The notes under the pieces: generated by a model | The model's database searches: none | Told to the model about the DNA's origin: nothing | Seen by the model: the letters and a program-made list of their open reading frames with translations, nothing else | Translations under genes and position numbers: made by a program | Shown: positions 9,576 through 21,307 of the stretch, piece after piece | Layout of the letters: each line of letters begins with the position of its first letter | Position numbering within the stretch: position 1 is the first letter of the stretch | Assembly (NCBI GenBank): GCA_963827235.1 | Contig: CAWHAE010000012.1 | Coordinates: forward strand, 448,001-512,000 | Reading direction: 5' to 3' | Source of the DNA: an uncultured bacterium | GTDB lineage: Bacteria; Chloroflexota; UBA5177; JANWHV01 | Length of the DNA: 64,000 nt

Positions 9576-10172
9576 TCATAGTGCCGGAGCGCCGTGATCG
9601 GAGCCGATGCTGTTCACCTGCAGGAGCTGCCAGGCGTATTCCTCGACGCACCGCCAGGGCTTAACTGCGCCGCTGCCTCCCCGGGTTGAGACCGTGTGGC
9701 TGCGCGCAACCGCTGCACAATCAAGGGCAGCGAACACGCTCTCAATCGCGCCGTCGCAGGTCGTCATCAAGGCGTGTACCGCCGCCGCCGCTGCCAGTGC
9801 GGCGCCCGCCAACTGGTTTCTCATGAGCAGGAGATCGGTGCTCCAGGGCATGGTGTCAAAGCACGCCGCGCAGGCCGTCGCCTTGCTGTCGGCCTCAAGG
9901 GCGGCTGCCACGACTCCTCTCGCCGTAGCGAGCACCTCGGGCTGTGGCGGCTCGCCGGCCAGCGCGGCCCTGGCCACCGTCAACGCCTCGCGCACACGCC
10001 CATCCTCGGGGTAGCAGGCATCGTACAAGGCGCGCACGTGCTCGGCGCACTCGACCGCCAGCAGCCGCGCCTGCGCGCCAGCCAGCCGCAGGATTCCGAT
10101 GGCGAGCTGGCTGCGCAGCTGCAGGCGAAGTTGATGCTCCTCGGAAGCAGGCATCCGTTCATCCACTGACAT
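9576..10172 (-). CDS. Imm5-like helical protein
   Basis: LLAVECAEHVRALY...PEDGRVREALTVARA and C-terminal EYAWQ motifs resembling Imm5-like domains. Confidence 0.5.
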   Translation of the reverse strand: MSVDERMPASEEHQLRLQLRSQLAIGILRLAGAQARLLAVECAEHVRALYDACYPEDGRVREALTVARAALAGEPPQPEVLATARGVVAAALEADSKATACAACFDTMPWSTDLLLMRNQLAGAALAAAAAVHALMTTCDGAIESVFAALDCAAVARSHTVSTRGGSGAVKPWRCVEEYAWQLLQVNSIGSDHGAPAL

Positions 10173-10203
10173 TGCCACGACTCCGCACAAACCGCGCCAG
10201 CCA

Positions 10204-10689
10204 TCATCGCCCCAGGGGCGCATCGGCAAACGAGACGACCGTGGGGTGCACCAGCCGCTCAAAGTCGGCGTACTTGATGCGCAGCGTATGCGCATGCGTG
10301 CCAGCCTGGCAGGTGATGGCATCCTCTCTGGTCAGGTCGTGGTCGACATAGACGGGCATCCCGTACAGATTCCCGAATGGCGGCATCGCGCCGGTCTCGC
10401 AGTCGGGAAACAGTGGCGCGAACCGGCCTTCGTGTGCCAACTGCACCTCTCCGCCGCCGAGCAGCTCGTGTAGCCTGGGCAGACTGAGGCGGCTGCAGGC
10501 GGGCAGCACCAACATCACCATCCCCGCAGCGGCTTCCACGATGACGACCTTCGCCACCATCCTGCCCGGCAAGTGCGCCTCCGCCGCGATCTCCTGCATC
10601 GTGTACCGGGCCGGATGCCGGCGCACCTCGTACGGCACGTCGTGCTCGTCGAGGTAGCGCAGCAGTCTCTCGTAACCAGCCAGTTCCAT
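10204..10689 (-). CDS. YbaK/EbsC family aminoacyl-tRNA deacylase-like protein
   Basis: H..YTMQEIA, VAKVVIV, FPDCETGAMPPFGNLYGMPVYVD, AGTH. Confidence 0.9.
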   Translation of the reverse strand: MELAGYERLLRYLDEHDVPYEVRRHPARYTMQEIAAEAHLPGRMVAKVVIVEAAAGMVMLVLPACSRLSLPRLHELLGGGEVQLAHEGRFAPLFPDCETGAMPPFGNLYGMPVYVDHDLTREDAITCQAGTHAHTLRIKYADFERLVHPTVVSFADAPLGR

Positions 10690-10854
10690 CGAAGCCTCCG
10701 CTTGGGCGCTGCCCCTCGGTACGTCCCGCGCGAGATGTGCTGCAGGGCAGCTGTCGTCAGGATGTCCTCCAAGGCCGAGGCGCCACCTGAACTCTGGGGC
10801 CCGCCAGGCTTCACCGAGCCAAGCCGACGTGGCCCCGCGCAAGCTTGCAGGCCA

Positions 10855-12120
10855 CTATCCACCCACAGCGTAGGCCGAAGCATCGCTCTGGGCATCCGGT
10901 GGTTTACCTGATGCACGTCGCGCGTGCAGTGGTGGCGCGGCACGGCGGTCCGCATGGACGTCGCCTGCAAGCTGGCGGAACAGGCCCACATAACGCGCGG
11001 CGACGGCATCCCACGCCATGGTCCGCGCGTACGCCAAAGCCCGGCACTCGCAGCACCGGCGGAGCAACGGTTCCTCCAGCAGCCGGCATACGCAGCACGC
11101 GAGGGACTCCGGATCAGCGAACTGAGCCAGCAGACCCCGGCCGTCGGCCAGCGCCTCGACCGCGTAGAGATACGGTGTGGACACCACGGCCTTTCCCGCG
11201 CCCAGTGCGTACGCCAGGGTGCCGCTCGTGATCTGGTCGGGATTGACGTAGGGCGTGACGTAGATGTCCGTGGCCTGCAAGTAGCACAGCAGCTGGTCCT
11301 GCGAGACGTGCCGGTCGACGAAGCGCACGTGGCTATCCAGCCGGAGCCGATGGGTCAGGGCGACGAGCGCGTCGCGATAGCGTTCGCCTTCTTGCCGGCG
11401 GACCTCGGGGTGGGTCTGCCCGACCACCAGGTAGAGAACCTCGGGATGCCACCGCAGCACCTGCGGCAGGGCCTGGATCATGAAGTGGATCCCCTTGCCT
11501 TCGCTGAGCAGGCCGAAGGTCATCAGCACCATGCGATCCGGTATGTCCAGGCGCCGCTTTGCAGCTGCCATCGAGACGGCCGGCGCTCGCGGCACGCCAT
11601 GGGGAATCACGTGCAGCTTGCGCGGTGGTACCTCGTACGCCTCTTCGAGGATCGCCTGCGCGGTCTGCGCCATTGTGACCACAGCCTCGCTGCAGTCGCC
11701 GATCCGTCGAACCGCTTCGCGGATATCGGGCCCGGGATGCGGCAGCACCGTGTGCAGCGTGACCACGACTGACGTGTGCAGCTCGTTGAGCAGGTTCGGC
11801 AGATAGTCACTCTCGAGCCGGCCATCGGCGAAGTGACCGAAGAGACCGAACTCGTGTTGCACGCAGACGACCGCGACATCAGCACGGTCGATCGCACGCG
11901 CCGCCGCCCGCCAGCTACTCGCATCGGGCTGGTCGATGCGCCAGCGGACCCGACTGGGGTAGTGGTAGTGCGCACCGTCCCGCTCAATCGCCGCCACGCG
12001 TGGGGTCATGGTCCACGGCGACGCGGAGACCGCGTCGCACAGATCGCGCGTGAAGGTCGCGATGCCGCAGGGGCGTGGTGGGTACGTGCCCACCATCGCC
12101 ACGATTTCCTTCAGAGCCAT
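10855..12120 (-). CDS. Glycosyltransferase family 4
   Basis: GTYPPRPCGIATFT, QHEFGLFG, TFGLLSEGKG, QITSGTLAYA, STPY. Confidence 0.92.
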   Translation of the reverse strand: MALKEIVAMVGTYPPRPCGIATFTRDLCDAVSASPWTMTPRVAAIERDGAHYHYPSRVRWRIDQPDASSWRAAARAIDRADVAVVCVQHEFGLFGHFADGRLESDYLPNLLNELHTSVVVTLHTVLPHPGPDIREAVRRIGDCSEAVVTMAQTAQAILEEAYEVPPRKLHVIPHGVPRAPAVSMAAAKRRLDIPDRMVLMTFGLLSEGKGIHFMIQALPQVLRWHPEVLYLVVGQTHPEVRRQEGERYRDALVALTHRLRLDSHVRFVDRHVSQDQLLCYLQATDIYVTPYVNPDQITSGTLAYALGAGKAVVSTPYLYAVEALADGRGLLAQFADPESLACCVCRLLEEPLLRRCCECRALAYARTMAWDAVAARYVGLFRQLAGDVHADRRAAPPLHARRASGKPPDAQSDASAYAVGG

Positions 12121-12665
12121 GCACTCCTCCTCACGCTCTACGCCGTGTCATACCCTCTGTGCCCGAGGTGGGCCAACTGCTTGCTGCAGATGAGCGGGAC
12201 CGGCGTGGCGCCGTGCAGGCCATCCCGGCGCGTGCCTCGGCCGATTCCGTTGCCAGATCCGTGGCGATGCCCAGCACGGCCGCAGCCCCGACTGAAAGCG
12301 CCCCCGCCAGTGCCCGGCCGACGCCGCGCATACCGCTGCTGGCGGTGTGGAAAGTGCTCACCGTTCCGCTCGTCCGTGGCGCCTCATCCGGATCGCGGCT
12401 GCAGCAGCGCCTGTCAGCACGGCAGCACGCGCTGACGCAGAAGAAGTCTTCCGCCGCAGGCCATCAGGGCTGCGTAAAGGCAGTGAGGGCGCGGCGCATC
12501 TTCCCGCCATCCGGTGATTCACCGGATGGCGGGAGCGAGCGTGTGCGCTAGCGTAGGCTCAGGGAGCAGGGCCCGATCGGACGCACGGCACCGGGATCGC
12601 AGCATGATGCCGCGATGGCTGCGCTCGCGGTACGCTGGCCGCACGTCGCTCCGCGACATCGAGCA

Positions 12666-13309
12666 ATGCGTAGGTCGCGATTCGCTGATCGCCGGAATGC
12701 CGGCCGGCAACTGGCGATCAAGCTGGCATCGTACATCGACTGGCCGGGCACACTCGTGCTCGGCCTGCCGCGCGGCGGTGTGGTCGTAGCCTATGCGGTC
12801 GCGCAGGCCCTGCATGCAGCCCTCGATGTCCTGCCCGTCGGCAAGCTGGTGGTACCGGGCCAGCGGGAGCTGGCCATGGGCGCTCTTACTAGCGATGGGG
12901 TGCGCGTGCTCAACCAGGATGTGCTGGCCTTTCGCGCGATTGGCAAGGCCATCCTCGCCGAGGCGTCGCAGCATGCGGCGCAGGAGCTGCACCGGCAGGA
13001 GCGCCTGTACCGCAGTAGGCGACAACCGCCCGTCGTTCGCGAGCGGACAGTCCTGGTTGTCGACGACGGCATCGCCACCGGCGCCACCATGCGCGCTCGG
13101 TGCGCACGCAGATGCCGCGGCACGTGGTAATCGCAGGGCCAGTCGCCTCCCCGTCGACCTGCCAGGCGTTTCGCCGCGAAGCCCACGAGGTCGTCTGTGT
13201 CTACATGCCAGAGCCATTCCTGTCGGTCGGCACGTGGTACGAGGACTTCGCAACTGCAACCGACGAGGAGGTGGTGGCGCTGCTGGACCAAGCCGGAGGT
13301 AGTTGCTAG
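12666..13309 (+). pseudogene. Phosphoribosyltransferase (Rv0571c/Rv2030c-N-like), frameshifted near 13098
   Basis: FADRRNAGRQLA, VLGLPRGGV, VDDGIATGATM; continues in another frame as VIAGPVA..VGTWYEDFATATDEEV. Confidence 0.8.
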
Positions 13310-13654
13310 CGGCATCCATGCCGGCGGGGAGAGCATGGTGCGTGGACGGCCTGCGACCCCCAAACTGTGGCCGAGGCCTGCGCTGCCTTCGGTGGATTCG
13401 CGCCGGCTCACGGGCCACCCCAGTACGGCCCCGGTCAACATGCCGGAACGCTGCTCCTGGCGTGCCCTAACCAAGCTGCGCAACCCCGATCGTCGGTAAG
13501 GAATATGCCAATCGGCCCTTCATAGGTTGTAGGGAGGCGCATAGTGTCAAGGAGGGACGTGCTTGCCCGGCGCGCGAGAACGCCGAACCGCACGGGCACA
13601 GTGCCCATGTGGCGGGACTGCACGCTCATGTGCAGGCTGCACGGGGAACCGCCG

Positions 13655-14365
13655 ATGATGCGCATTGTCTTGGCTGACGACCAGGCGATGGTGCGGACCG
13701 GTCTCCGCCTGATTCTGGAGCAACAGCGCGACATGAGCGTTGTCGGCGAGGCCGGCAACGGCTTCGAGGCGGTGGCCGTGGCTCTGCGCTTACAGCCCGA
13801 CGTACTGGTGCTGGATGTCGACATGCCGGAGATGGATGGACTCGACGCGCTCGAGCACGTGAAGCGGCGCGTACCACAGATACGCGTGGTGATGCTCGCC
13901 GACGCGAAGAACGACCGCTACCTCCAGCATGCGCTCCGCTGGGGCGCTCTCGGCTATGTGCTCAAGCAGAGTCCGGCCGAGCGGCTGGTCCGGACCGTCC
14001 AGCAGGTCGTGCAGGGTCACCTGGCCGTGGAGTGGCTGGGCGACGTCAATCTCGCCGACGCTTTCAGGCCTGGTGGGCGGCGTGGCCTGAGCATGCCTTC
14101 CTACAGTGAGCTGACTGAGCGCGAGCGGGAAGTGTTGCGCCTGGTCGCCCAGGGCTACAGCAACGCGGGAATCGCCGCCCGCCTCGGCATCGGCGCCAAG
14201 ACGGTGGACACGCACCGTTCACATGTCATGGAGAAGCTCGACATCCACACGCGCGCAGACCTGACCCGCTATGCCCTGCAGCGCGGCTACGTCATCGTGG
14301 AACCTCCACGCCGAGCGCGGACGCGCCACGCGCAGCACTCAGGCAGGGCCTTCCGCGGCGCGTGA
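13655..14365 (+). CDS. NarL/FixJ-family response regulator (REC + LuxR HTH)
   Basis: IVLADDQAMVRTG, VLDVDMPEMDG, GYVLK, LTEREREVLRLVAQGYSN..IA..KTVDTHR. Confidence 0.93.
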   Translation: MMRIVLADDQAMVRTGLRLILEQQRDMSVVGEAGNGFEAVAVALRLQPDVLVLDVDMPEMDGLDALEHVKRRVPQIRVVMLADAKNDRYLQHALRWGALGYVLKQSPAERLVRTVQQVVQGHLAVEWLGDVNLADAFRPGGRRGLSMPSYSELTEREREVLRLVAQGYSNAGIAARLGIGAKTVDTHRSHVMEKLDIHTRADLTRYALQRGYVIVEPPRRARTRHAQHSGRAFRGA

Positions 14366-14699
14366 CCGCCACCAACCCATACCGGCGCCGGCTAGCCGCG
14401 TGTGCCGACGAGGGATTGAAGGCGCGGGCGGGGCGATAGCGACGGGGCGCGACAAGCGGCGTTCTGGATGGTAGACGCCACTACACAGCTATGTGCGGCA
14501 GACGTTGTGGCACGCGACAAGGGGCGATCAGGCGTACGGCGGCAAGCGGTAGGCCGGCGCCAGCGCTCAGTTGCTGGCGTGCGTGATAAGGTTGGGGTGA
14601 CGGACAGTGCCCTGAGCACCCAGCGCGGACACTGGACTGGCCGCAGCCGCGCTGCTGGTGGGCGCCTTTCTACGCGCACTGGTTCGGCGACAGCAGGAC

Positions 14700-15242
14700 G
14701 CCCTTGTACATCGCCCCCTGCGTGGCGGTGCTTGGCGGCCTCGCCCAGCTGCTAGCCGGCATGTGGGCTTTCCGGGCCCGCGACGGCCTGGCCACGACCA
14801 TCCATGGCGCCTGGGGTGCCTTCTGTCTGGCTTACGGCGTGCTCTGCGCGCTGGTCGCGGCCGGCTCGCTGAGCCTGGCCGCGGTCGACGCCAACTTCGG
14901 CTGGTGGTTCATCCCGCTCGGGGCAATCACGGCGGCCGGCGCCATCGCGGCGTGGCGCGCAACGTGTCGAGCGGCATGCTGCGCCCTCGCTGGGCGTGCG
15001 TACTCGCCGCGATCGGCCTGCTGGGACCCAGCTCCGGGCCGCTGAAGGCTGGCAGGTATCTCCTGCTGGTGACGGCGCTGCTCGCCTGGTACCTGGCCAC
15101 GGCGCTGCTCCTGGAAACCAGCTTCCGCCGAGTGATCTTGCCGCTGGGCACGCCGGAACGGGAGGCTAACATCCCGGGCCGGCGGCATACGCGGACGGTC
15201 GAGTGGCGCCACGGTGAGCCCGGGGTGCGCGCCGGGCAGTAA
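14700..15242 (+). pseudogene. GPR1/FUN34/YaaH (SatP-like) acetate transporter remnant
   Basis: GGLAQLLAGMWAFRARD..HGAWGAF; N-terminus missing; frameshift near 14965. Confidence 0.7.
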
Positions 15243-15481
15243 GCTCGCCGACGTCGGCGCCGACCCCACCCAGTCGCCGCGACGACTGCGCGAGCCATCG
15301 GATCAGGCCGTGGCGCCCCGGCTGGACCGCCCGGCCAGTGCCACGGCCTGCGACTATGGCGGAGCCGCAACGACGAGGCTCCGCCTGCAGGCCGGTCCGA
15401 GCGGCCCGCGGAACGTGCAGGCCGACGTCGCACCGGCGGATCCACGGTGTGGCCGCGCCACAGCAGAGAGGAGATGAGGTA

Positions 15482-16330
15482 ATGAACGGCCCAGGCACGC
15501 CGTGGGATCTCCCCGTCACCAGCGAGCCGACAGCGTCCGGCAGCCAGGACGCACGCGAGCGGCTGCGACGGGTGGGCAGCGGGCAGGCCGGCCTGTGGGA
15601 GGCGTTCCAGCCGCTGGCCCAGGCTCAGGAAGACCAGGCCCGGCAAGCGGCGGACCTGGCGGAACGTGAGGCGTGGGCACCGGCCGGGATGCTGGAGGCA
15701 AGTAACGCCCTCTGGCCCCACTTGACCACGCCGACGTTGCACTTAGCCGTGCGATCTTCCGATGGCGACGAGGCAACTCACGTGGAGCTGGGACGGTACG
15801 GCCACCTGGCCGCGCTGCCGGCGCCGATCGCCGGCGAGCAGGCGCTCATCAGCAGCCCGACACCCTGCTTCGCGCGCGTGGTGGCCAGCCAGGAGCGGCA
15901 GGCCGCCGGAGTTGACGGCCCACTGGCTTGCTCTTACCTGCCGCTGTCGCCGGCGGAAGCCGTGGCGGCTATCGGGTTCGCCACGATCGAGGCCGACCTG
16001 GAGGCGGCGGCGCGAACCGCCGGGCAGGTGCTGCTGTACAAAGTGGAGGCGCAGGCGGAGCGGCAGCACGCCGTGCTGCGCGTGGAGCGCATGTTCGGCT
16101 GGACGCCCGATCCGCCTCCTGAGGCTGTCGCGCTACCGGTTGGGTCGCGCGTCGCCGTGTTGCTGCTGAGGCAGGCGGGTCGCCACTGGTTGGTGCAGGT
16201 GAGCGTCGCCTTTAGCGTGATGGCGGTACTGTCCGGGTTCCTACTCTACCCGGCCTCTGCCGTTCTTGTGCTGGTGTTGCTCGGCATCGTCGTGCTGTTC
16301 TGGAAGCTGGCGACGCGACCGGGCATGTAG
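15482..16330 (+). CDS. Hypothetical protein with two C-terminal TM helices
   Basis: GAGGAG RBS, host-like codon use, hydrophobic C-terminus. Confidence 0.55.
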   Translation: MNGPGTPWDLPVTSEPTASGSQDARERLRRVGSGQAGLWEAFQPLAQAQEDQARQAADLAEREAWAPAGMLEASNALWPHLTTPTLHLAVRSSDGDEATHVELGRYGHLAALPAPIAGEQALISSPTPCFARVVASQERQAAGVDGPLACSYLPLSPAEAVAAIGFATIEADLEAAARTAGQVLLYKVEAQAERQHAVLRVERMFGWTPDPPPEAVALPVGSRVAVLLLRQAGRHWLVQVSVAFSVMAVLSGFLLYPASAVLVLVLLGIVVLFWKLATRPGM

Positions 16331-16374
16331 CGACAAGGGCGGTGCCCCAGGCTGTGCTCGTGCCCGCAGCGCGC

Positions 16375-17140
16375 CTAGCGGCTCAGCAAGGCGCCAACGT
16401 AGTCGATGAGATCACGGGCGCACACCGAGCAGAAGCCGCGATCGGTCACCAGCCGGTCAATCACATCATTGATGCGGCAAAGTTGCTCCGCATCAGGGGT
16501 CCTGGTCGAGGTGGTGATCTGGACCACGCCCTGCAGGTCCGCGAACAGCTTCTTCTCGATCGCCTCCTTCAGCCGCGCGTCGCTGGTGTACTCAAAAGTC
16601 TTGCCGCGGCGTGCCAGGCTGGCCATCGACATGAGCAGGCTCTCGCGAAACGCCTGCCTGGCGCTCGGCTGCACGCCGATCTGATCCTCGATCGCGCGCA
16701 TCAGCTTCTCGTCCGGCTCGATCGACTCGTCGGTCAGCGGATCCTTCAGCTTCTCCTTGTGACAGAAGGCCTCCACGTTGTCGAGGTAGTTGTTGAGCAG
16801 GGTGCGTGCGGACTCCTCGAACGCGTAGACGAAGGCACGCTGGACTTCCTGCTGGGCCAGATCGTCGTACTCATGACGCGTCTCGGTGAGCAGTCTGAGG
16901 TACTTCGCGCGCTCGCCTTTGCTGAACGCGGTATGCTGGTCGAAGCCGTCGCGCAGGGCCCGCAGCGCCAGCAGCGGCGTCAGGCAGGTGACGCCGCGCC
17001 CGATCAGGGCATGGCTGAGCCGGTCGATGACGTACCGCGGTGAGATGCCGTCCATGCCCTCGCGCACCGCTTCTTCGTGCAGCACACGCACGTCCAGGGC
17101 CATCCAACCGTCCACGTCCTGACCGTCGTACAGCTGCATG
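16375..17140 (-). pseudogene. prkA: PrkA/YeaG serine protein kinase, C-terminal part only
   Basis: REGMDGISPRYVI, NYLDNVEAF, PDEKLMRAIE, LKEAIEKKLF; AAA domain absent. Confidence 0.85.
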
Positions 17141-17515
17141 GCATACAGGCGGTACTCGACGTGTCGACAGGCCTCGTCACCGTCAAACACCGCAAAGAGG
17201 TGGTGTCGCCGCGGCGTACCGGCCACATCGATTGACGCTGTGTGCACCATGGCGAATCACCCCTGGCGCGGGCACTGGCCGTCACCCTTGTCGTACGCCG
17301 ATTCCAGCGTCTGCCCAAGAGCCAAGGGTCACGTGCGTAGCGGCGAACGTCATGTGGTGTCGGGCCAATACCGCATTGGCTACGCAACACCAGCGACCGG
17401 ACTACTTCCTGCTATTCAGCTGCTGACAGGTGCGAGTGGTTGCGCGGGTCGGTTCACGTGCCAGACGGCTAGCGGCCAGTATTGCATGGCGAGGCAGCCG
17501 TGCTCCATGTCCCGT

Positions 17516-17866
17516 CTAGCACGTGACATGGAGCACGGCGTTCGTCTCGTCCAGGTCCTGCCGGAGCAGTTCGAGCGCCTGAGCGGTCGGCAGCACCAGC
17601 AGCTGGATGCCGCGGTGTTCGGCCTCACGTCTCACATCCTCGATCACCGGCAGCCTCCCGTGGACGCCCGTGCCGACCACCAGCCGCGCGCAGTGCCACG
17701 GGATCTCCTCCGCGAGAGTGAGCGGCGTGTGCCCGTACGCGTCTCGGAGCTTCTTCGACGGTCGCTTCTTGCGCTTGCGGACCTCACCGCGATCGATGAC
17801 GACGTCGTTCTCGTAGACAACTCCGTCAACGGTGATCGAACCGAACGAAAACGCTTCGAACCTCAT
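17516..17866 (-). CDS. Mth938-like (DUF498) domain protein
   Basis: FSFGSITVDGVVYENDVVI, LVVGTG..G.L, PTAQA, C-terminal LHVTC. Confidence 0.88.
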   Translation of the reverse strand: MRFEAFSFGSITVDGVVYENDVVIDRGEVRKRKKRPSKKLRDAYGHTPLTLAEEIPWHCARLVVGTGVHGRLPVIEDVRREAEHRGIQLLVLPTAQALELLRQDLDETNAVLHVTC

Positions 17867-18652
17867 CGTTATCCCTCGGCAGCCTGTCCCGGCCAGGCCG
17901 GCGAAACAGGGACATCCACGTCCAGCCTCGCCTGTCCCAGCGGCGTGCCGCAGCGCCGCCGGCGGGCCTCGCGCGCGATAGTCGAGCGCATCTGGCCGCG
18001 CCCGCCTTCCGGCGCCCTGGTACGGAGCATCACGCCGTTGGCCCACGTCTGCCTCGCGCGCGAGGCAGAACAGACAGCACCATAGCTTGCACAGGGCATG
18101 CCTAGTGTCAAGAGGCCTTGGTACTCAGAATCTCCGGCTCCTGGCCCTATAGCGGTGTTCGAGCGGGTGCAAGCATCCAGCGTACGTTCAGCGTGAGCCG
18201 CGCAACCGCCCCGGAACGAACGGCACGGAGGCGCCGCCGCTAGCCTACAGCCACCTGGAAGGCCACGGGAGGCGGAGGTCACGACGGCTCGGCTGCAATG
18301 CCGAGTCGGGGACGTGATAGCGTCGATGGGCGAAGGCCCGGAGACGTGGAGATAGATATCGGGCCACCAACCCGGTATCGCCGCAGAGATGTGCGCATGT
18401 CGACGGTACGAGTAGGGACTCCAGATCCTACAGGACCGGTGCACGGGTAGTCCTTCAAGACCATCGGTAAGCCTCAGAGGGCCGCATCAGGTGCAAAGCT
18501 GGCAGCGGCCTTTTGCATGTTTGGGCTTGAGCCAGCGGAAGCTCGCCGGCATGTGTGAGGACACGCGCAAATCCGATCTGATCCTCGCCCCAGACTGGAC
18601 GCCGGCCCGAGCAGGGAAGCGTGCGGGGAACCCCGGGTGGTCCGTGGCCGCA

Positions 18653-19325
18653 TTACGACGGGAGCCCACGTGTCGGTAGCGCTGGGCCCTCCGTACGTGT
18701 GACGCTCGCGGCCGCCCCTTGCGTAATCGCGACGAGGTAGCCGATGCCGTAGGGAGCCTGGTAGGACAGCACCTCGCACGAGGCCGGACGCAGCGCCGCC
18801 AAGGCGAAGAGGAAGGGCTGCAGGCCGCACGACTGGCCGGCCTCCACAGTCGCCGCATCGATGCGTAGGAGGCTCGCCGGATCGCCCGAGCGGACGGCCT
18901 GGACGATGGCCGCGTCGAGCACCGATCCGGCGGGATGGTAGCCATACGGTCCATTGGCATGCAGCACATGCGAGCAGTCGCCGGACGCCACCACGGCCAC
19001 GCGCCTATTGTTCGCGTGTTCCCGTGCCGCGATGCTCTCACCCAGCGACCGGTACGCCGGCAAGGGACGGTCCCACACCGTTAGGATTCTGCTCCACCGG
19101 CGGCAGGCGACCAAGCGCCTCGCCGAGGAAATACATGGGCACGTCGAAGCCGTGGCCGGGGTGGGGAGAGGCGATGATGAGGCGTGCAGGACAGAGCACA
19201 TCTGCCACCCACCGGCAGGCGCGGCGCACGGCCGCGATGGTCTCGTCCACCTCGACGCCTCGGCTTGCGGCAAACTTGGGCAGCAGAATAGGAGGATGGG
19301 GCAGGAACGTCGCACCAACCAGCAT
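18653..19325 (-). CDS. MEMO1/LigB-like protein (AmmeMemoRadiSam protein B-like), compact; +1 frameshift near 19088
   Basis: FLPHPPILLP, IIASPH, VASGDCSH, GPYGYHP, SCGL, LSYQAPYGIGYLVA. Confidence 0.75.
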
Positions 19326-19435
19326 GCTGGAGCGTCCCTTCCTGGCGCCGACCTGACACGCGATCCGCCAGACTATCGCGCGCCATGCTCAGTGTGCATC
19401 GCTTTGGAGGCAACGTCAACCAAGGAGTCGGGGCG

Positions 19436-21261
19436 GGGCGGACCTGGAAGATGTGATCAACTGGGAGAAAGGGCGAAGCCGGGAGGGCACGGGGAGGCCG
19501 GTGGATGGGGCCAGCGCAGGCTGCTTGGCGGCAGGTGGTGTCTGGCGCACGCGGTGGGGCGCTGCGGATGGCAGCGATCTGCGCAGCGGAGGGCGACGAT
19601 AAGGTACCCTCGACGCTTGCACGGCCAAGCAATCAAACACAACAGCCGTGCCTAGGCGAGGGTACGTAGTGGATTGTAGCGAACGCATGGCTGCGGTGGT
19701 GGCGGAAGTGGGACAGATCCTGCACGAGGGGCTGGGGTCGTTGTACGCGCAAGCACGCGGCACGGATCTGGGCAACATCGAGGTGCGGGTGCAGGCGCTC
19801 TTACGGCGGGTCGGGGGGCTGCTGGTGGGCGACCTGGCGGCGTGGGCGGCGGCCGAGGTGCCGACGGTGGCCCCGCCGTGTGCCGGGTGCGGCCAGCCGA
19901 TGCGGCGGGTGGGGCTGCGGGCGCGGCAGCTGGTGGGGCTGGTGGGGGACGTGCGACTGCAGCGGCCCTACTTTCACTGTGCGGCCTGCGGAGTCGGGCA
20001 GGCGCCGGCGGACGCGGTGTGGGGCTTGGACCGCGGGATGCTGACGCCGGGGCTGGCGCGAGTGGCGGCGCGGGACGGGCTGGAGGCGCCCTTCGGCTAT
20101 GGCGCCAGTCTGCTGGAGGAGCATTTGGGGGTGCAGGTGGACGAGGAGGTGCTCCGGCGTGTGACCGAGCAGCTGGGCCACCTAGTCGATGCGGACCAGG
20201 CGGCGGCGTCGCCGGTGCCGGTGACCGCGCCGCCGGCGGACGTGGACACGCTGGTGGTGGAGCTGGATGGGGGGATGGTGCACCTGCGCCGCGCCTGGAG
20301 CGAACTGAAGGCGGGCCGGGTGGCCCCGCTGGGACCCACCTTGCTGGCAGACCCGGACAGCGGCGACCGCTATCTGGCCCTGGGACCGTCGTGCTACTGC
20401 GCGGGTGTGGAATCCTGCGACGACTTCTGGCCGCGGCTGGTGCGCGAGGCGGTGCGGGCGGGATTGGGCCGGCACCTCAAGCGCGTGGTGGTGCTGGCGG
20501 ACGGCGCCGAGTGGATCTGGCACCAGGCGCGCTGCCAGTTGGGCTTGCCGGGCGTGGAGGTGATCGAAATCCTGGACTTCTACCATGCCAGCCAGCACCT
20601 GGCGCAGGTGGCCGTCGCCATCTATGGCGCTGAGAGTGACGTGGGCCAGCTGTGGCTGGACAAGCAGTGCCACGCCTTGCGCCACCAAGGGGTCGCCCCC
20701 GTGCTGGCGGCGTTGGACCGACTGCACCCCCGCAAGCACACCGCGGCGAAGGTCCTGCGGCTGACCCGCGCCTACCTGGCGGACCATGCCCAGCGGGCGG
20801 ACTACCCGGCCTTCCGCGCACGCCTGCTCCCAATCGGCTCGGGGGCTATCGAGGGTACTGTCAAGAACCTCATCCAGGCGCGCGCCGTGCAAGCAGGCAT
20901 GCGCTGGACACAGCCCGGGGCCCATGCCCTGGCCAACCTGCGCGCCTTGCACCGTTCGCCGGGCCGCTGGTTCGCCCTCTGGCAGTCGCGCCCGCTCTGT
21001 CGCGCTCTCGCGCTGGCCCAGGCAGCGGCAGCACCCCCGCCCCGTGCCGCGACCCAGACTCCCCACGCCACGGCGCGCCTGCTGCACCGACGCCACCAGA
21101 CGAGTCCCTCCCCTCGCCGACCGCACCCCAGTGCCGCAGCCGCATCCAGGCGGACGGCAAACCCTGGGGCAAAGGCAAAGGCTACTGGGGACGCGTGCCG
21201 GTTTGCCAGAAGCGCTTCGCGTGATCTTGCCTACAGGAGATCACATATCTCAGGTCCGCCC
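19436..21261 (+). mobile_element. Complete ISKra4-family insertion sequence (1826 bp)
   Basis: 23-bp TIRs GGGCGGACCTGGAAGATGTGATC (19436-19458) and GGGCGGACCTGAGATATGTGATC (rc of 21239-21261); 9-bp target duplication GTCGGGGCG at 19427-19435 and 21262-21270. Confidence 0.9.
19669..21224 (+). CDS. ISKra4-family (UPF0236-like) DDE transposase; likely frameshift near 21040
   Basis: CxxC...RPYFHCxxC, ELDGG, LADGAEWIW, LDFYHA, PIGSGAIEG, GMRW. The listed ORF overruns the right TIR; the alternative frame stops at 21224 inside the element. Confidence 0.88.
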
Positions 21262-21307
21262 GTCGGGGCGCTTGCCTGCGCTCTCAACGTGCATTCCACA
21301 CACCCAT

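Noticed and set aside
14447-17295. Recurrent CGACAAG(G/C)G motif (about 4 copies)
   Set aside because: Too short to be significant in GC-rich DNA without a statistical test; positions are not consistent relative to starts.
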